Below, piece by piece: positions 1 to 9,400 of a stretch of 41,625 nucleotides of DNA. Under the pieces are notes generated by a model. It made no database searches. It was given only the letters and a program-made list of their open reading frames with translations, and had not been told where the DNA came from. Each line of letters starts with the position of its first letter. Position 1 is the first letter of the stretch. The DNA comes from a virus (taxonomy: Duplodnaviria > Caudoviricetes). The stretch lies in the IMG/VR virus record IMGVR_UViG_3300046380_000010, positions 1 through 41,625 of that record. One strand, written 5' to 3'. Made by a program: the position numbers and the translations under genes.

Positions 1-585
1 CACGGTCGGCACGGGGGCCGACCGTGCCGCCGACCGTGCCGACCGTGCCGCCGACTCTGCCGCCGACTCTGCCGCCGACCGTGCCGCCGACCGTGCCGAC
101 CGTGCCGCCGACTCTGCCGCCGACTCTGCCGCCGACCGTGCCGCCGACTCTGCCGCCGACTCTGGTTCTCCGGTCAATAGCAGTTCAAAGTAGGCGATGG
201 TCAGGTTCAGACATTCTTCAACCTGCGACCCGTATGGCTCTGCCCACTCTGCGCGATGCTCTAACTGGCGCTTGTGACGCGCAATGGCGAGTTTCCACCG
301 AATTGGCTCCAGGTCAATTTCTGCCGGGATCGCCTCCCAAAACTGTTCCGGCCACTGCTGCGAACGCTCATCGCTCATGTTCTCAAACAGGGTGTCATTG
401 AGACGCAGTAGCCATTCATCACAGCCGCTCTCCTCTGCAAAGCGCGGGTGATCGTAATAGCCAGCGCTGCACCATATCGAGCAACCCTTGCCGTTCTCGC
501 CCGTCGCGCCCTTTACCAGTTCATCGGCCTGTCGGTGCATTCGCACGCGACCTAGGTATTTCTCTCTCGCTTCTGCTGTGACCAT
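1..585 (-). CDS. N-terminal part of a phage SAA-repeat protein; runs off the window start and is missing from the ORF track
   Basis: AAGGAG RBS then ATG at 585. My translation: MVTAEAREKYLGRVRMHRQADELVKGATGENGKGCSIWC...LLLTGEPESAAESAARSAAES..., with no stop before base 1. Confidence 0.85.
   Translation of the reverse strand, partial: MVTAEAREKYLGRVRMHRQADELVKGATGENGKGCSIWCSAGYYDHPRFAEESGCDEWLLRLNDTLFENMSDERSQQWPEQFWEAIPAEIDLEPIRWKLAIARHKRQLEHRAEWAEPYGSQVEECLNLTIAYFELLLTGEPESAAESAARSAAESAAESAARSARSAARSAAESAAESAARSARSAARSAPVPTV
17..163. repeat. Tandem 12/9-bp repeats (GCCGCCGACYST-like) encoding SAAE/SAAR/SAR on the minus strand
   Basis: Directly visible. Bases 17-92 are identical to 41508-41583. 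Confidence 0.95.
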
Positions 586-607
586 CTGTCTATTCTCCTT
601 TTCCGAC

Positions 608-841
608 CTACTTGGTAATCTGTGCTACCAACCAGTCCTGTGCGCTCGACCTCGCCCCTGTCCATACCGTTTCTACCATCGACGGCCAATAGTCTGGCGT
701 GTTCTTGTTCCAATAACGCGCCATGTCGATCATCAGCGGGTCGGCCTGGATGTGCTCGAAGCAGGCTTTCAGATCGAAACCCTTCAGCCCGGTGTCCGCA
801 AGGCGCTGGATGATCTCCTCCTCGAGGGTGCGGGGTTTCAT
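608..841 (-). CDS. Hypothetical early protein
   Basis: ORF MKPRTLEEEII...; its ATG overlaps the stop of the upstream gene (ATGA). Confidence 0.7.
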   Translation of the reverse strand: MKPRTLEEEIIQRLADTGLKGFDLKACFEHIQADPLMIDMARYWNKNTPDYWPSMVETVWTGARSSAQDWLVAQITK

Positions 842-1089
842 AGGTAGGATAAAACCTCCTGCCACGAGTTGTCGAAATCCTCCTGATCGTAGAAGACAGG
901 TTGTCCATCGTCGAACCCCTCACATGTGCAGTCGTGGAAACGGACCTTCCAGAACCGGGAGAAGAGCAAGACATCGTTCGTCGTGCCGTCTCCGAGGCGT
1001 TGCAGGATCTCCTCGTCGCTCATAGATACCTGCTTGTCGTGTGTGTCGCTGTTGAGTTCACTGTTTGCTGCCAAAATGTAGGTAATCAT
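838..1089 (-). CDS. Hypothetical acidic early protein
   Basis: AGGAG RBS before MITYILAANS...; coupled to the next gene. Confidence 0.7.
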   Translation of the reverse strand: MITYILAANSELNSDTHDKQVSMSDEEILQRLGDGTTNDVLLFSRFWKVRFHDCTCEGFDDGQPVFYDQEDFDNSWQEVLSYL

Positions 1090-1246
1090 TTCCCTGTCTC
1101 CTGTCCGCTTGTGATGATGATCTGGTTTCCGTCTGCCATCTCCCAAAATAGGAGGGCGGTTTCTGCGGCAGTCAGGCTGTCGGAGAAGACTTGCGCCTGC
1201 TCCAATCGCCTACTGCCGCGCTGATGGTAGGTGAGGGTGAACTGTT

Positions 1247-1426
1247 TCACGCGTACAGACCCTTTGGATTGTAGTCAGGCCATGCTGCTTCCATAAAAGA
1301 CTCGATAGGGCCGGACATGTAAAACAGGAAGTCTCTTGCCATCATGGAGGATGGCTCCGGGGTACCGTTACGCGTCTCTGTGTAGAATGTGCGCATGGAC
1401 TGCAAATCAGTGTAAGCGTGTTTCAT
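1247..1426 (-). CDS. Hypothetical protein, first gene after the strong early promoter
   Basis: GAGGAG RBS before MKHAYTDLQS... Confidence 0.65.
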   Translation of the reverse strand: MKHAYTDLQSMRTFYTETRNGTPEPSSMMARDFLFYMSGPIESFMEAAWPDYNPKGLYA

Positions 1427-1460
1427 CTGTCTTGTCTCCTCTGTGTTGGTTTGCAAACAT

Positions 1461-1499
1461 TGGCGCTTGAGGAATCGAACCTCGTATCCGGTTGCGCCA
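1461..1499 (-). ncRNA. tRNA T-arm-like minihelix in the early leader
   Basis: TGGCGC-aaccggatac-GAGG-TTCGATT-CCTC-aa-GCGCCA: a canonical T-loop inside a 6-bp closing stem. Confidence 0.5.
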
Positions 1500-1505
1500 T
1501 CAGTC

Positions 1506-1524
1506 ATTCAGTTGTCAAGGAACG
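1506..1524 (-). promoter_or_regulatory. boxA-like antitermination element
   Basis: GTTCCTTGACAACTGAAT resembles rrn-leader boxA (GTTCTTTGAAAACTGAA type) and lies just downstream of the promoter. Confidence 0.45.
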
Positions 1525-1547
1525 TCTTGTTCGAGTGAACTGTATAC

Positions 1548-1576
1548 ATTATACATGGTAACAGTTATGATGTCAA
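1548..1576 (-). promoter_or_regulatory. Consensus sigma70 promoter (major leftward early promoter)
   Basis: TTGACA (1576-1571), 17-nt spacer, TATAAT (1553-1548), in intergenic DNA. Confidence 0.85.
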
Positions 1577-1579
1577 TAG

Positions 1580-2215
1580 CTACGGCGAACTATTTTCAAT
1601 CTTTTTTTCTCGCCTTGCTTTGATGTACTCTCGCTGATACACAGGACACCATGATTTGTGAGGGATGCGGTCGCACGAGCAGGGTTTGAGTGTACGAAAT
1701 GTAGACGCGTGAGCAATATTTGCCTGTCCACTCGCCCGCTTCCTGTCGCTCTTTCGCTGTCCAAGGAGGGACATAGCTTTACTGATGATCTCGCTGTCTT
1801 CCATGTTGATACTCTTTCTGTGGTCGGTTGATTTAGTGTGTTTTTGCCCGTTGCATTTTCGGCATAACGGTTGTATATTCGTAATCGAATGCTGCCCTCC
1901 ACGGGAGAGAGGTATCACGTGATCCATTGTCAATGGCTTGCAACAGCCACAGGAGGCGCATTTGAAATCGAACAGAATGCAGATCAGTTCCCACTCATCC
2001 GATTTTACCTCTCCAGGGATGCCCATCAGAGCGACACGCCTGTTTTGAGTGCAGGCAATCGATGAGAAAGGGTTTAATTCTCTCGCTCGTTTCAGTGGAG
2101 CGTATTTGCACACCGAGCATACGAGCGATTTTGCGTTCAAATCCGACCCGTAAGGGTACAAATAGATTGATTTTATCTTGCCGCACACACGGCATTTCTT
2201 CCTGTGTTTTGCCAT
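1580..2215 (-). CDS. HNH endonuclease with Zn-binding CxxC pairs and a basic C-terminal extension
   Basis: CASCG..LTMDHVIPLSRGGQHSITNIQPLCRKCNGQK HNH motif. Confidence 0.85.
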   Translation of the reverse strand: MAKHRKKCRVCGKIKSIYLYPYGSDLNAKSLVCSVCKYAPLKRARELNPFSSIACTQNRRVALMGIPGEVKSDEWELICILFDFKCASCGCCKPLTMDHVIPLSRGGQHSITNIQPLCRKCNGQKHTKSTDHRKSINMEDSEIISKAMSLLGQRKSDRKRASGQANIAHASTFRTLKPCSCDRIPHKSWCPVYQREYIKARREKKIENSSP

Positions 2216-2234
2216 TTCATCCCCCTTCCTATAT

Positions 2235-2263
2235 AGTATACCTGATAACCGTTATCTTCACAA
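2235..2263 (-). promoter_or_regulatory. Leftward sigma70-like promoter for the HNH gene
   Basis: TTGTGA, 17 nt, TATACT. Confidence 0.55.
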
Positions 2264-2308
2264 TATACTTCAAACGTCTACGCGTTAACGGTGTAAAGTG
2301 AAGAGATA

Positions 2309-2338
2309 TTGCACTCTGGAAGGCTTTGGAGGTATACT
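2309..2338 (+). promoter_or_regulatory. Rightward sigma70-like promoter
   Basis: TTGCAC, 18 nt, TATACT; divergent from the 2235-2263 promoter. Confidence 0.6.
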
Positions 2339-2487
2339 GAGTGTGTCGTCCAGACTGGTTTACAATTTCATATCGTGTCGGGCTGATCCCCCGGCGCAGC
2401 GCCTCCTCGTCTCTCTGCCGGTCTGGACAACTTTTGAGAGTACGTAGGAGGCGCGTTCGTTTTCCAGACCAAAACAAGGAGTATCCG

Positions 2488-2733
2488 ATGTTGCTTTCGA
2501 GGAGAGAGATGCGCGATTGCCAGGAGTTGATGCCCGGCATCGACTGCGGAGAGGGCGACAGGTTGTTTGCCCCTGCCAGCGCCACACGTGAGCAGATTGA
2601 CGCTGTTCTGCGTTACCTGGTGGCCTATCGCTATCGTGTCAATGATCGCATGGACGCGTTCCGTCTGGCGATGCGGCTTCGGCGCTTCATGCGTACCGGA
2701 GAGCGATTCCCGCAAGAGGAGGGAGCGCTGTGA
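2488..2733 (+). CDS. Hypothetical protein
   Basis: AAGGAG RBS before MLLSRREMRDC...; stop overlaps the next GTG. Confidence 0.65.
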   Translation: MLLSRREMRDCQELMPGIDCGEGDRLFAPASATREQIDAVLRYLVAYRYRVNDRMDAFRLAMRLRRFMRTGERFPQEEGAL

Positions 2734-3407
2734 GAAGGAAGATCCGAACGCCTGTCATCGATGAATGTAGACTCGAAGGGATGCTCAGAGAGATCACAGG
2801 ATTAGACGCTCTGGTAATCACTCCAGAGGGCAAGGTATCGATGCCCGACGATTCCACTATTGACCAGGACTTAGCCGTCCTGCACGGGCTGCTGGACAGC
2901 CACGATGCCAGCGCAGTGCGGGGCCGGTTCCTCGCCGGGAACTTCGTCAACCAATTCTGCTTCCGACATGGTGACAAAGCCGCCATACTCCAGCACAACT
3001 TCTCCGATCACGATTACAACCGACTACGCAAGTTCGCCCGCGTCGCCGCTGCGTGGGGATGGAATCCCGGCCTGACATGGGGATGGAGCTTCTATGAGGA
3101 GACGGCGAAACTCAACAGACAACAGCAAACTAAAGTCGTCGCCAAGTGGCACATGGGCAAATACACCATCGTTCACTTTCGAGCCGACAAAGAGTTTAAC
3201 ACTGTTAAGTTTTGTCCGACGTCGGACAAACGAGATCAAAACACGCCAAATCCGACGCTCTCTAATACTAAATACGTCGGATTTGGCAGCGTAGAGGACG
3301 CTCTCAAAGCGCTCGTGCAGCAGAGCAACTACCAGACCGTACAGGCGACCCTGGATGCTCTCAGAGAGCAGGAGGAGACAGACCAGTTCGCAGAGGAGGA
3401 CGACTGA
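2730..3407 (+). CDS. Hypothetical protein, possible DNA-binding regulator; paralog of 34727-35635
   Basis: 225-aa ORF with RBS; shares RF..GN, HGDK and GWS motifs with 34727-35635. Confidence 0.7.
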   Translation: MRRKIRTPVIDECRLEGMLREITGLDALVITPEGKVSMPDDSTIDQDLAVLHGLLDSHDASAVRGRFLAGNFVNQFCFRHGDKAAILQHNFSDHDYNRLRKFARVAAAWGWNPGLTWGWSFYEETAKLNRQQQTKVVAKWHMGKYTIVHFRADKEFNTVKFCPTSDKRDQNTPNPTLSNTKYVGFGSVEDALKALVQQSNYQTVQATLDALREQEETDQFAEEDD

Positions 3408-3453
3408 CAGACTGCCACACCTGTGTAGGCGTACGTGCGCCTGATTAGCATGC

Positions 3454-3480
3454 CTCCTGTTGGAAAGATACCAACAGGAG
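3454..3480. other. Perfect 10-bp inverted repeat (hairpin or operator)
   Basis: CTCCTGTTGG-aaagata-CCAACAGGAG, with no U-tract. Confidence 0.6.
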
Positions 3481-3856
3481 ACTGTCTCCGCTTAGTCAAG
3501 TACCTATCCTAGGAGTCCGCATCCCTGACCTGACAAGGCGCTACGAACCTCACTGCATCCCCGCGAGCGGAGCGTAGCGCGAGGTACATGCTTCTACAGC
3601 GGACACTCTACGAAACAGACCTTGTGAGAGATACCCTCTCTTGGGTGCATCACTTGGCGAGTTTAGTAGTCTAGCATGCATGATACCTAGTGATACGATG
3701 CATACACATCTGTCCCGTGCGTGCGTGATACCATAGGGCGAGACGGGGGGGTCTGTTGAGTGCGGGAGGGGTGGGGGTAGAGCGAGGGGAGAGAGTGTCG
3801 CGTTCATATGACAGGTACAAATTTTATCTAATTCGGTATACTGTGAGAAAGGAGAA

Positions 3857-4252
3857 GTGATGATGAAGAAGCAGGGATGGTTGGGGGTGGATGCACCGGC
3901 TGCGGAGGAGGTTCGTTTACTAGATCATATCAGTGACGGTTCGTATGCTCACGAGGGCAGGCTACAGAATCTGGAAGCAGCGTTTCTTAATTTGTCGATC
4001 AGGATGACGGCGGTAGAGAATGCGATACCTACGTTGGTTTTGGATCGTTCTTCTAAGGGGAAGGTGACTTCTTCGGAGGATCGTGTAAAGCAGTTGGAGG
4101 CGATCATGGCAAGCAAGAATCGTGAGATCAGCAACCTGATGAAACTCGTCGAGGATCAGCGCAAGACCATTGCGGATCAGGACCATAGGCTTGAGTTAAT
4201 GACAAGGAGTGAGGCTTCCCACTATTCACCCGATATTCAGGAGGTATCGTGA
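3857..4252 (+). CDS. Hypothetical coiled-coil protein
   Basis: AAGGAG RBS; heptad-like segments; GGTATACT -10-like site at 3835-3842. Confidence 0.7.
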   Translation: MMMKKQGWLGVDAPAAEEVRLLDHISDGSYAHEGRLQNLEAAFLNLSIRMTAVENAIPTLVLDRSSKGKVTSSEDRVKQLEAIMASKNREISNLMKLVEDQRKTIADQDHRLELMTRSEASHYSPDIQEVS

Positions 4253-4926
4253 TGTCGGACGCTCTTATGGGGATGGTGGGGACGGGATTGTCTCTGATCG
4301 GTGGGATTGAGGGATTGATTTCGGGGGATGCGGCGAAGCATAGAGCGGAGGTTGCGGCGCAGAATGCGATCCGGGACTACCGTGGCAGTGCGAGTGCCGA
4401 GTTTCAGAACCTACTTGCAGGCGGAACTGCGGGTCTGGAGACACTGAGCGGCGGCTTGAACCATGCGCTTACTAATACTGGACGTTCTCTTGGCGCTTCC
4501 CTTGCTGGGGCCGGGGTTTATAATAGCACTGGCGCTGCTGGCGCGCTGGCGAACCAGGCGGCGGCTAATGCGGGTGTCGAGGGACAGTACTCCACCAATT
4601 TAGCCAATACCCTCCTGGGGTATAAGAACCAGACGGATGAGCATGCGGCGCAGATGCAGTACGGCTTAGCGACGAACGATCTGAACTATGCTCGTGAGCA
4701 GCAGGGCGGCAGTGTTGCGGGTCTGTCTCAACTCTTCGGGAACCTGGGTCAGATGAACTTCGGTAACGTCTTCGGCCATAATGGGGGTATGACCAATACA
4801 GATCCGCGTGCAACCGGCAGCGTCCTTCCGCCCACGAATGGTATCGTGCAGCCCATCCAGAACCAGTGGGGTGGCGGGGGTCTTGGTGGCGGGGGCGCGA
4901 TGACAAACGGAGGTATTTTGCCATGA
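4249..4926 (+). CDS. Putative ejection/pilot (internal virion) protein
   Basis: Gly/Ala/Asn/Gln-rich with a hydrophobic Gly-rich N-terminus, as in podovirus DNA-pilot proteins. Confidence 0.55.
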   Translation: MMSDALMGMVGTGLSLIGGIEGLISGDAAKHRAEVAAQNAIRDYRGSASAEFQNLLAGGTAGLETLSGGLNHALTNTGRSLGASLAGAGVYNSTGAAGALANQAAANAGVEGQYSTNLANTLLGYKNQTDEHAAQMQYGLATNDLNYAREQQGGSVAGLSQLFGNLGQMNFGNVFGHNGGMTNTDPRATGSVLPPTNGIVQPIQNQWGGGGLGGGGAMTNGGILP

Positions 4927-6431
4927 GTGACTTTCCCGCCATCCGGCCGCCCGACTACCCGCAGAACCCCTTCTCGATGATCATGGGCAAGATACCACCA
5001 CCAGCAGGAGTTGCTCCACAACCTGCACAGTTTCCTGCCGAAAACAGTCTGGACTTCGCGCACAGCATCCTGGCGATGGTGAACAAGAAGGCTTTGCAGG
5101 ACGGAAGTTACGACAGCACCGAAGATTTCAACAAGCTTCAGCAGGCTCTCCTGAAGGCAAGCACCGCGAAGTCTCCTTATGAGCTTCAGGCCGATAATGC
5201 CCTTCTCCAGGCGACGGAGGAGAACAAGCTTGCCGACTGGATGAAGAACAACCCGCTTGCGCCACCGGAACAATACAAGGCAGCGGAGAGCGTACCTCTG
5301 TCTCTGCCTGGAGTGCCGACCAATGTACAACCTCACCCAAATGGCCTTGCTAGCTTCGGGGCTGGAATCGCCGGACTCTTTGCACCCCGAGCGGCTGGCC
5401 GCTTTGGCGCAGAAGCTCTTTCCGGAGCAATACAGGCTGCCCAACGAGAGAATGCAGCAAAGCGAGAAAAGTACCAGTTCGACCTTCAACAGTCCCTCGT
5501 CAAGCATCAAGACGCCGTCCGAGAAGCCGACGCCAAAGCCAGAGTCGAAGCGCAAAACACGGCGCTCAAAAACACCTACAGCGCCGAGCAGCACAACGAC
5601 AACCTGAAGACGGCGGTCGAGCGCATGAATGCGGCGGTGAAGAGCGGTGAGGCAGGCAACCTGCGCAAGTTCATCGAGGGGAACCGGCCTGCGGAAGAGG
5701 CGAAGGCGCAGGCGCAGTTCCTGGAGCAGAAGATCAAGACCAGCAGTGAGCAGGCGAAAGAAGCTCTGGATCGTGCTGCAAAGGCGGCGGAACTGCAACT
5801 GAAGATCCAGGAGCAGCAAGACATTGCAACGAACCGGGAGAAGGACAGGTTGGCGGCGCAAGCGGAGACGGATCGCAAGAACAGAGAAGATGAGCGCATT
5901 CGTAACGAGAACCTGCTTCGTCAGCAGAAGGAAGACAAAGAGCGCGACCGCGACCGCACGTTCCGCGAGGGCATGGAGAACAGGCGTCTCGGCATCGAGT
6001 CGGGGCATCTCTCGGAGACGGAGCGCCATGATAGAGCGATGGAGGACAGGGCGGCAAGTTCGGCGCGTGGCGGCACGATGTACCACAAAGGGCCGCTCGA
6101 AATCTCTGCTGAGAAGGATATGAACTACAATGCGACCCTTGCACAGAAGGCACGTGCAGCCGCAGATGCAGTGTCGCCTGACAACGACACTGCGAAGGCA
6201 CAGGCAGAGCGGAAAGCCCTGGCAGCGGAGGCGCGTTACAACAAGTCGCGTGAGAACCTGATCAACGTTACGGCGCAGGAACACAACGACGAGGACATGC
6301 GGCGCGGAACAGACAGCAAGTTCTTCACCGACCCGACAACGGGCAGGCTGAAGCGCAGACTGCCGACCGCTCCCGGTACGGCCACCATGCGTTACAACCC
6401 GCAGACAGGGCAGGTTGAGGTGATCCGATGA
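4923..6431 (+). CDS. Putative ejection (internal virion) protein
   Basis: Ala/Gln/Glu/Arg-rich helical protein with a short hydrophobic Gly stretch; coupled to both neighbours. Confidence 0.55.
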   Translation: MSDFPAIRPPDYPQNPFSMIMGKIPPPAGVAPQPAQFPAENSLDFAHSILAMVNKKALQDGSYDSTEDFNKLQQALLKASTAKSPYELQADNALLQATEENKLADWMKNNPLAPPEQYKAAESVPLSLPGVPTNVQPHPNGLASFGAGIAGLFAPRAAGRFGAEALSGAIQAAQRENAAKREKYQFDLQQSLVKHQDAVREADAKARVEAQNTALKNTYSAEQHNDNLKTAVERMNAAVKSGEAGNLRKFIEGNRPAEEAKAQAQFLEQKIKTSSEQAKEALDRAAKAAELQLKIQEQQDIATNREKDRLAAQAETDRKNREDERIRNENLLRQQKEDKERDRDRTFREGMENRRLGIESGHLSETERHDRAMEDRAASSARGGTMYHKGPLEISAEKDMNYNATLAQKARAAADAVSPDNDTAKAQAERKALAAEARYNKSRENLINVTAQEHNDEDMRRGTDSKFFTDPTTGRLKRRLPTAPGTATMRYNPQTGQVEVIR

Positions 6432-9400
6432 GCGACATCACCGTAGCGATGCCGGACGGGAACGTGATCTCCTTCCCCGCAGGAACCGATAAAGACACCA
6501 TCCAGCGTGTCGCGCACGACTACGCCTCCAAAAATCAATCAAGAGTGAATTCTCCAAAGCCTGCCCCGACGCAGGACTTCACGAAGAACCTGCGTACCCC
6601 GCAACGCTCGGGGCCGGAACCGGGAAGCCTTGCTGATACTCTATCAAAGCCGATCTTCATTGACGCTCCCCGCGCCGACGTTGACAAGTTCAAAGCCGAC
6701 TTCTTCAACACGTTTAACCCGGACGCGAACGCGCCTATGAAGGCGGCGGTTGCTCTGGCGAAGAATCCCAACGATCCGAAGATCAACGCACAGATTGAGA
6801 AGATGCACCCTGTATCGCGTCAGGCGATCCGTGAAAAGGCGGCAGAGTTCCGTTCCACGTCTCAGATGCAGGTGCATCCCTTCTCGCCTCTCTCTACGCC
6901 TCCGACCTTCACCGACCCCGACACAGGGCAGATAGCGCCTTCCCCCACCATAGGAGACGCCACCGCCGCCCTGATTCATGGGCCGGAAGGTGCGAACCAA
7001 CTGGCGACACGCCCCGGCGCGGCGGCAGAGGCCGAACGGTTTGCCATTCATGCAGGCGACCCGGAGAGCCTTGCGTTCATAGCAGCGGCAACGGCGATAG
7101 GAGGTATGGGCGCAATAGCTAAAGTCGGATCAACGGTCATCAAAGGTTCTCACCTCGTAGAAGGTGGTTTCGCCGGTCTGTCCGTTCAGCAGGCCGTACC
7201 TAAGATAGCACAGGGTGACTACGGCGGCGCGGCAGTCGATCTGTTTGCAGGCATTGGCCTTCCTGCCGCCCTACACGGTGCAGGCAAAGTCATCGAACCC
7301 ATACGCGCGGCAGGCAAAGCGATTCCTGCTATTACTGACATTGGAGATCCAACACTGACCAGAGGCGCGACACAGCGACTGAGTGCCAAAGCAGAGGCAA
7401 GAAAGGCGATAGCAAATGAACCCGGACAACCAATCAATGATGCAGAGCGCGATAGCGGTAAACATGGCGCAGAAGTGGGAGCAGGCACTCCAGCAAAAGA
7501 ATCTAAATCAGTTCCTCAAGTGGATGACGCCGCCGTTCCCGCAGCATCGCCCGTTCGAGAGACTGCTTCCAACGAGGGTCGGAATAGCGACGCTGGATCT
7601 GGGGTCAAACTTGGAAAGATAAGGCCGAAGGAGGGGGCGACAGAGGCACAGAAGCAGGAAATCGCAGCCCACAACGCCGCCCTGGACGCAAAGCGTAAGT
7701 TCTCCATAGATCCGGAGAAACAGCCTGCCCCAGAATCCCCACATGGGGATTCTGCCAATCAGACGAAACTCGCCAACGAGCATGTCAGCGAGGAACGGAA
7801 GCGGTACGGGTTGGACAGCTTGCCCGATGCGATCCCCGACAGTCACGCATCCGCCTATGAACGCGCTCTCGCAACCGGAGAGCATAACAAGGCGCTGACT
7901 ACCGCGCAGGAGGTTCTGGATAAGTCGAGGGCTATGACCATCGAAGAGGCTGCCGGGAACTCCATGAAGCAGCATGAGGTCAAGAACACGGTCAACGATT
8001 TGGCGAAGAAGATTTGGGCAGGAGTGGACGCAGGCACCGACACGACCGAACTTCAGGCGCAGTACGACAGCGCCCGCGAAGACTTCCGCCTCCTCACGGA
8101 TGCCTCAAAGAGAAGCGGCACCCTCCAATCGCAAGCCTTCTCCTTCCGGCAGGAAGTTATGGACGACTACTCGCACAACAACCTGATGCAGCGTCTTGAA
8201 GAGGCGAGACCCGAACAACCTCTCACCCCGCAGGAGACAGAGAAGGCATCGAGGCTGGCGGCAGAGACGGAGAAAGCGACCGCAGAGCACGAAGCGACGC
8301 AGACCGACGAACGTAAGTCGCAACTTGCGGCAGAGGAGCATGTCGAGAAACTTCAACGTGAGAACCGCCGTCAGGTACGCACCGAGACGAAGGCGAAGAT
8401 CCTCAAAGACCGCGAAGAGATCCAGCGCAGGTTCATTCAGAAGTCAACGAAGTTCCATGCGGGAATTGATCTATCGCTCGTCAAGGAGATAGGTGAACTG
8501 GCCGCCTCTCATGTCAAAGAAGGTGTCCTGACGGTGGAGGATCTGGTAGACAAAGTACACGAGTTCGTGTCCGACCATCTGCCTGATGTGACAAAACGCG
8601 AAGTCAGGGACGCTATCTCCGGTTACGGTTATGACAAGCCGATCCGACCCGCAACTGTGTTAGGCGACCTGAAAGAGCAGGCGCGGCTGATGTCCAAGAT
8701 TGAGGACGTTCACGACCCTCTGCCTCCCGGCACGCCCCGTGTCGTCTCCGATGCGGTCATGAAACTGAGGGAAGAGTACAAACAGGCAAAGGAGAAAATG
8801 TCTCCCGAAGAGAAGGCGCTCGTTGCCACAAAACAGCAGATAGAGAACCTTCAGAAGAAGATAAAGGCAGGAGATGTGTCGGGACCGAAGCGTCTTATCA
8901 CTGTAGATACCGAAGAGATGAGGGCGGCGAAGAGGCAGTTGAAAGACACGCGTGCGAAGTACAATGCTCTCGTGAAGGCAGCGAAAGTGGCGAACATGGT
9001 CGTGCCGCCCGATCCCTTTGCCAATTACAAAGCGAAACTCGACACGAAGATTGCCGATATTGAAAGGCAGATTGCAGCAGGCGTGAAAGACCCGCCGAAG
9101 ACGAAGGCGCGCCGCGTCTATGATGCGGAAGTCAACCAGAAACGTGCCGAAGTGGAACGGTTGAAGAAGATGCAGGATCAGATGGTAGCAAGCCGCAAGA
9201 CGAAGACGCGCCTACAGAAGTTCGCACGCTATCACCGTGCCGTCATCCTCTCCCGCGTATCCACGCTCGGTAAACTGGGAGGCGCAGCAGGCGAGCGCCT
9301 TGCATTCGATCCCCTGGAAGACGTGGCCGGGAAGATGCTGGAAGCCATACCGGGTTACGGCAAAATCGCCCGCATGTCTCCCAACGCAAGAGGATCACTG

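Noticed and set aside
1-26. Terminal inverted repeat CACGGTCGGC-acgggg-GCCGACCGTG as a hairpin telomere
   Set aside because: It is built from the repeat unit at the contig edge and breaks the coding pattern; most likely an assembly or read-end artefact.
24-401. Pro/Thr-rich + strand ORF
   Set aside because: Antisense shadow of the SAA-repeat gene, which has the RBS and operon context.
4749-6284. 511-aa minus-strand ORF
   Set aside because: Antisense shadow of the coupled + strand virion gene; no recognisable motifs.
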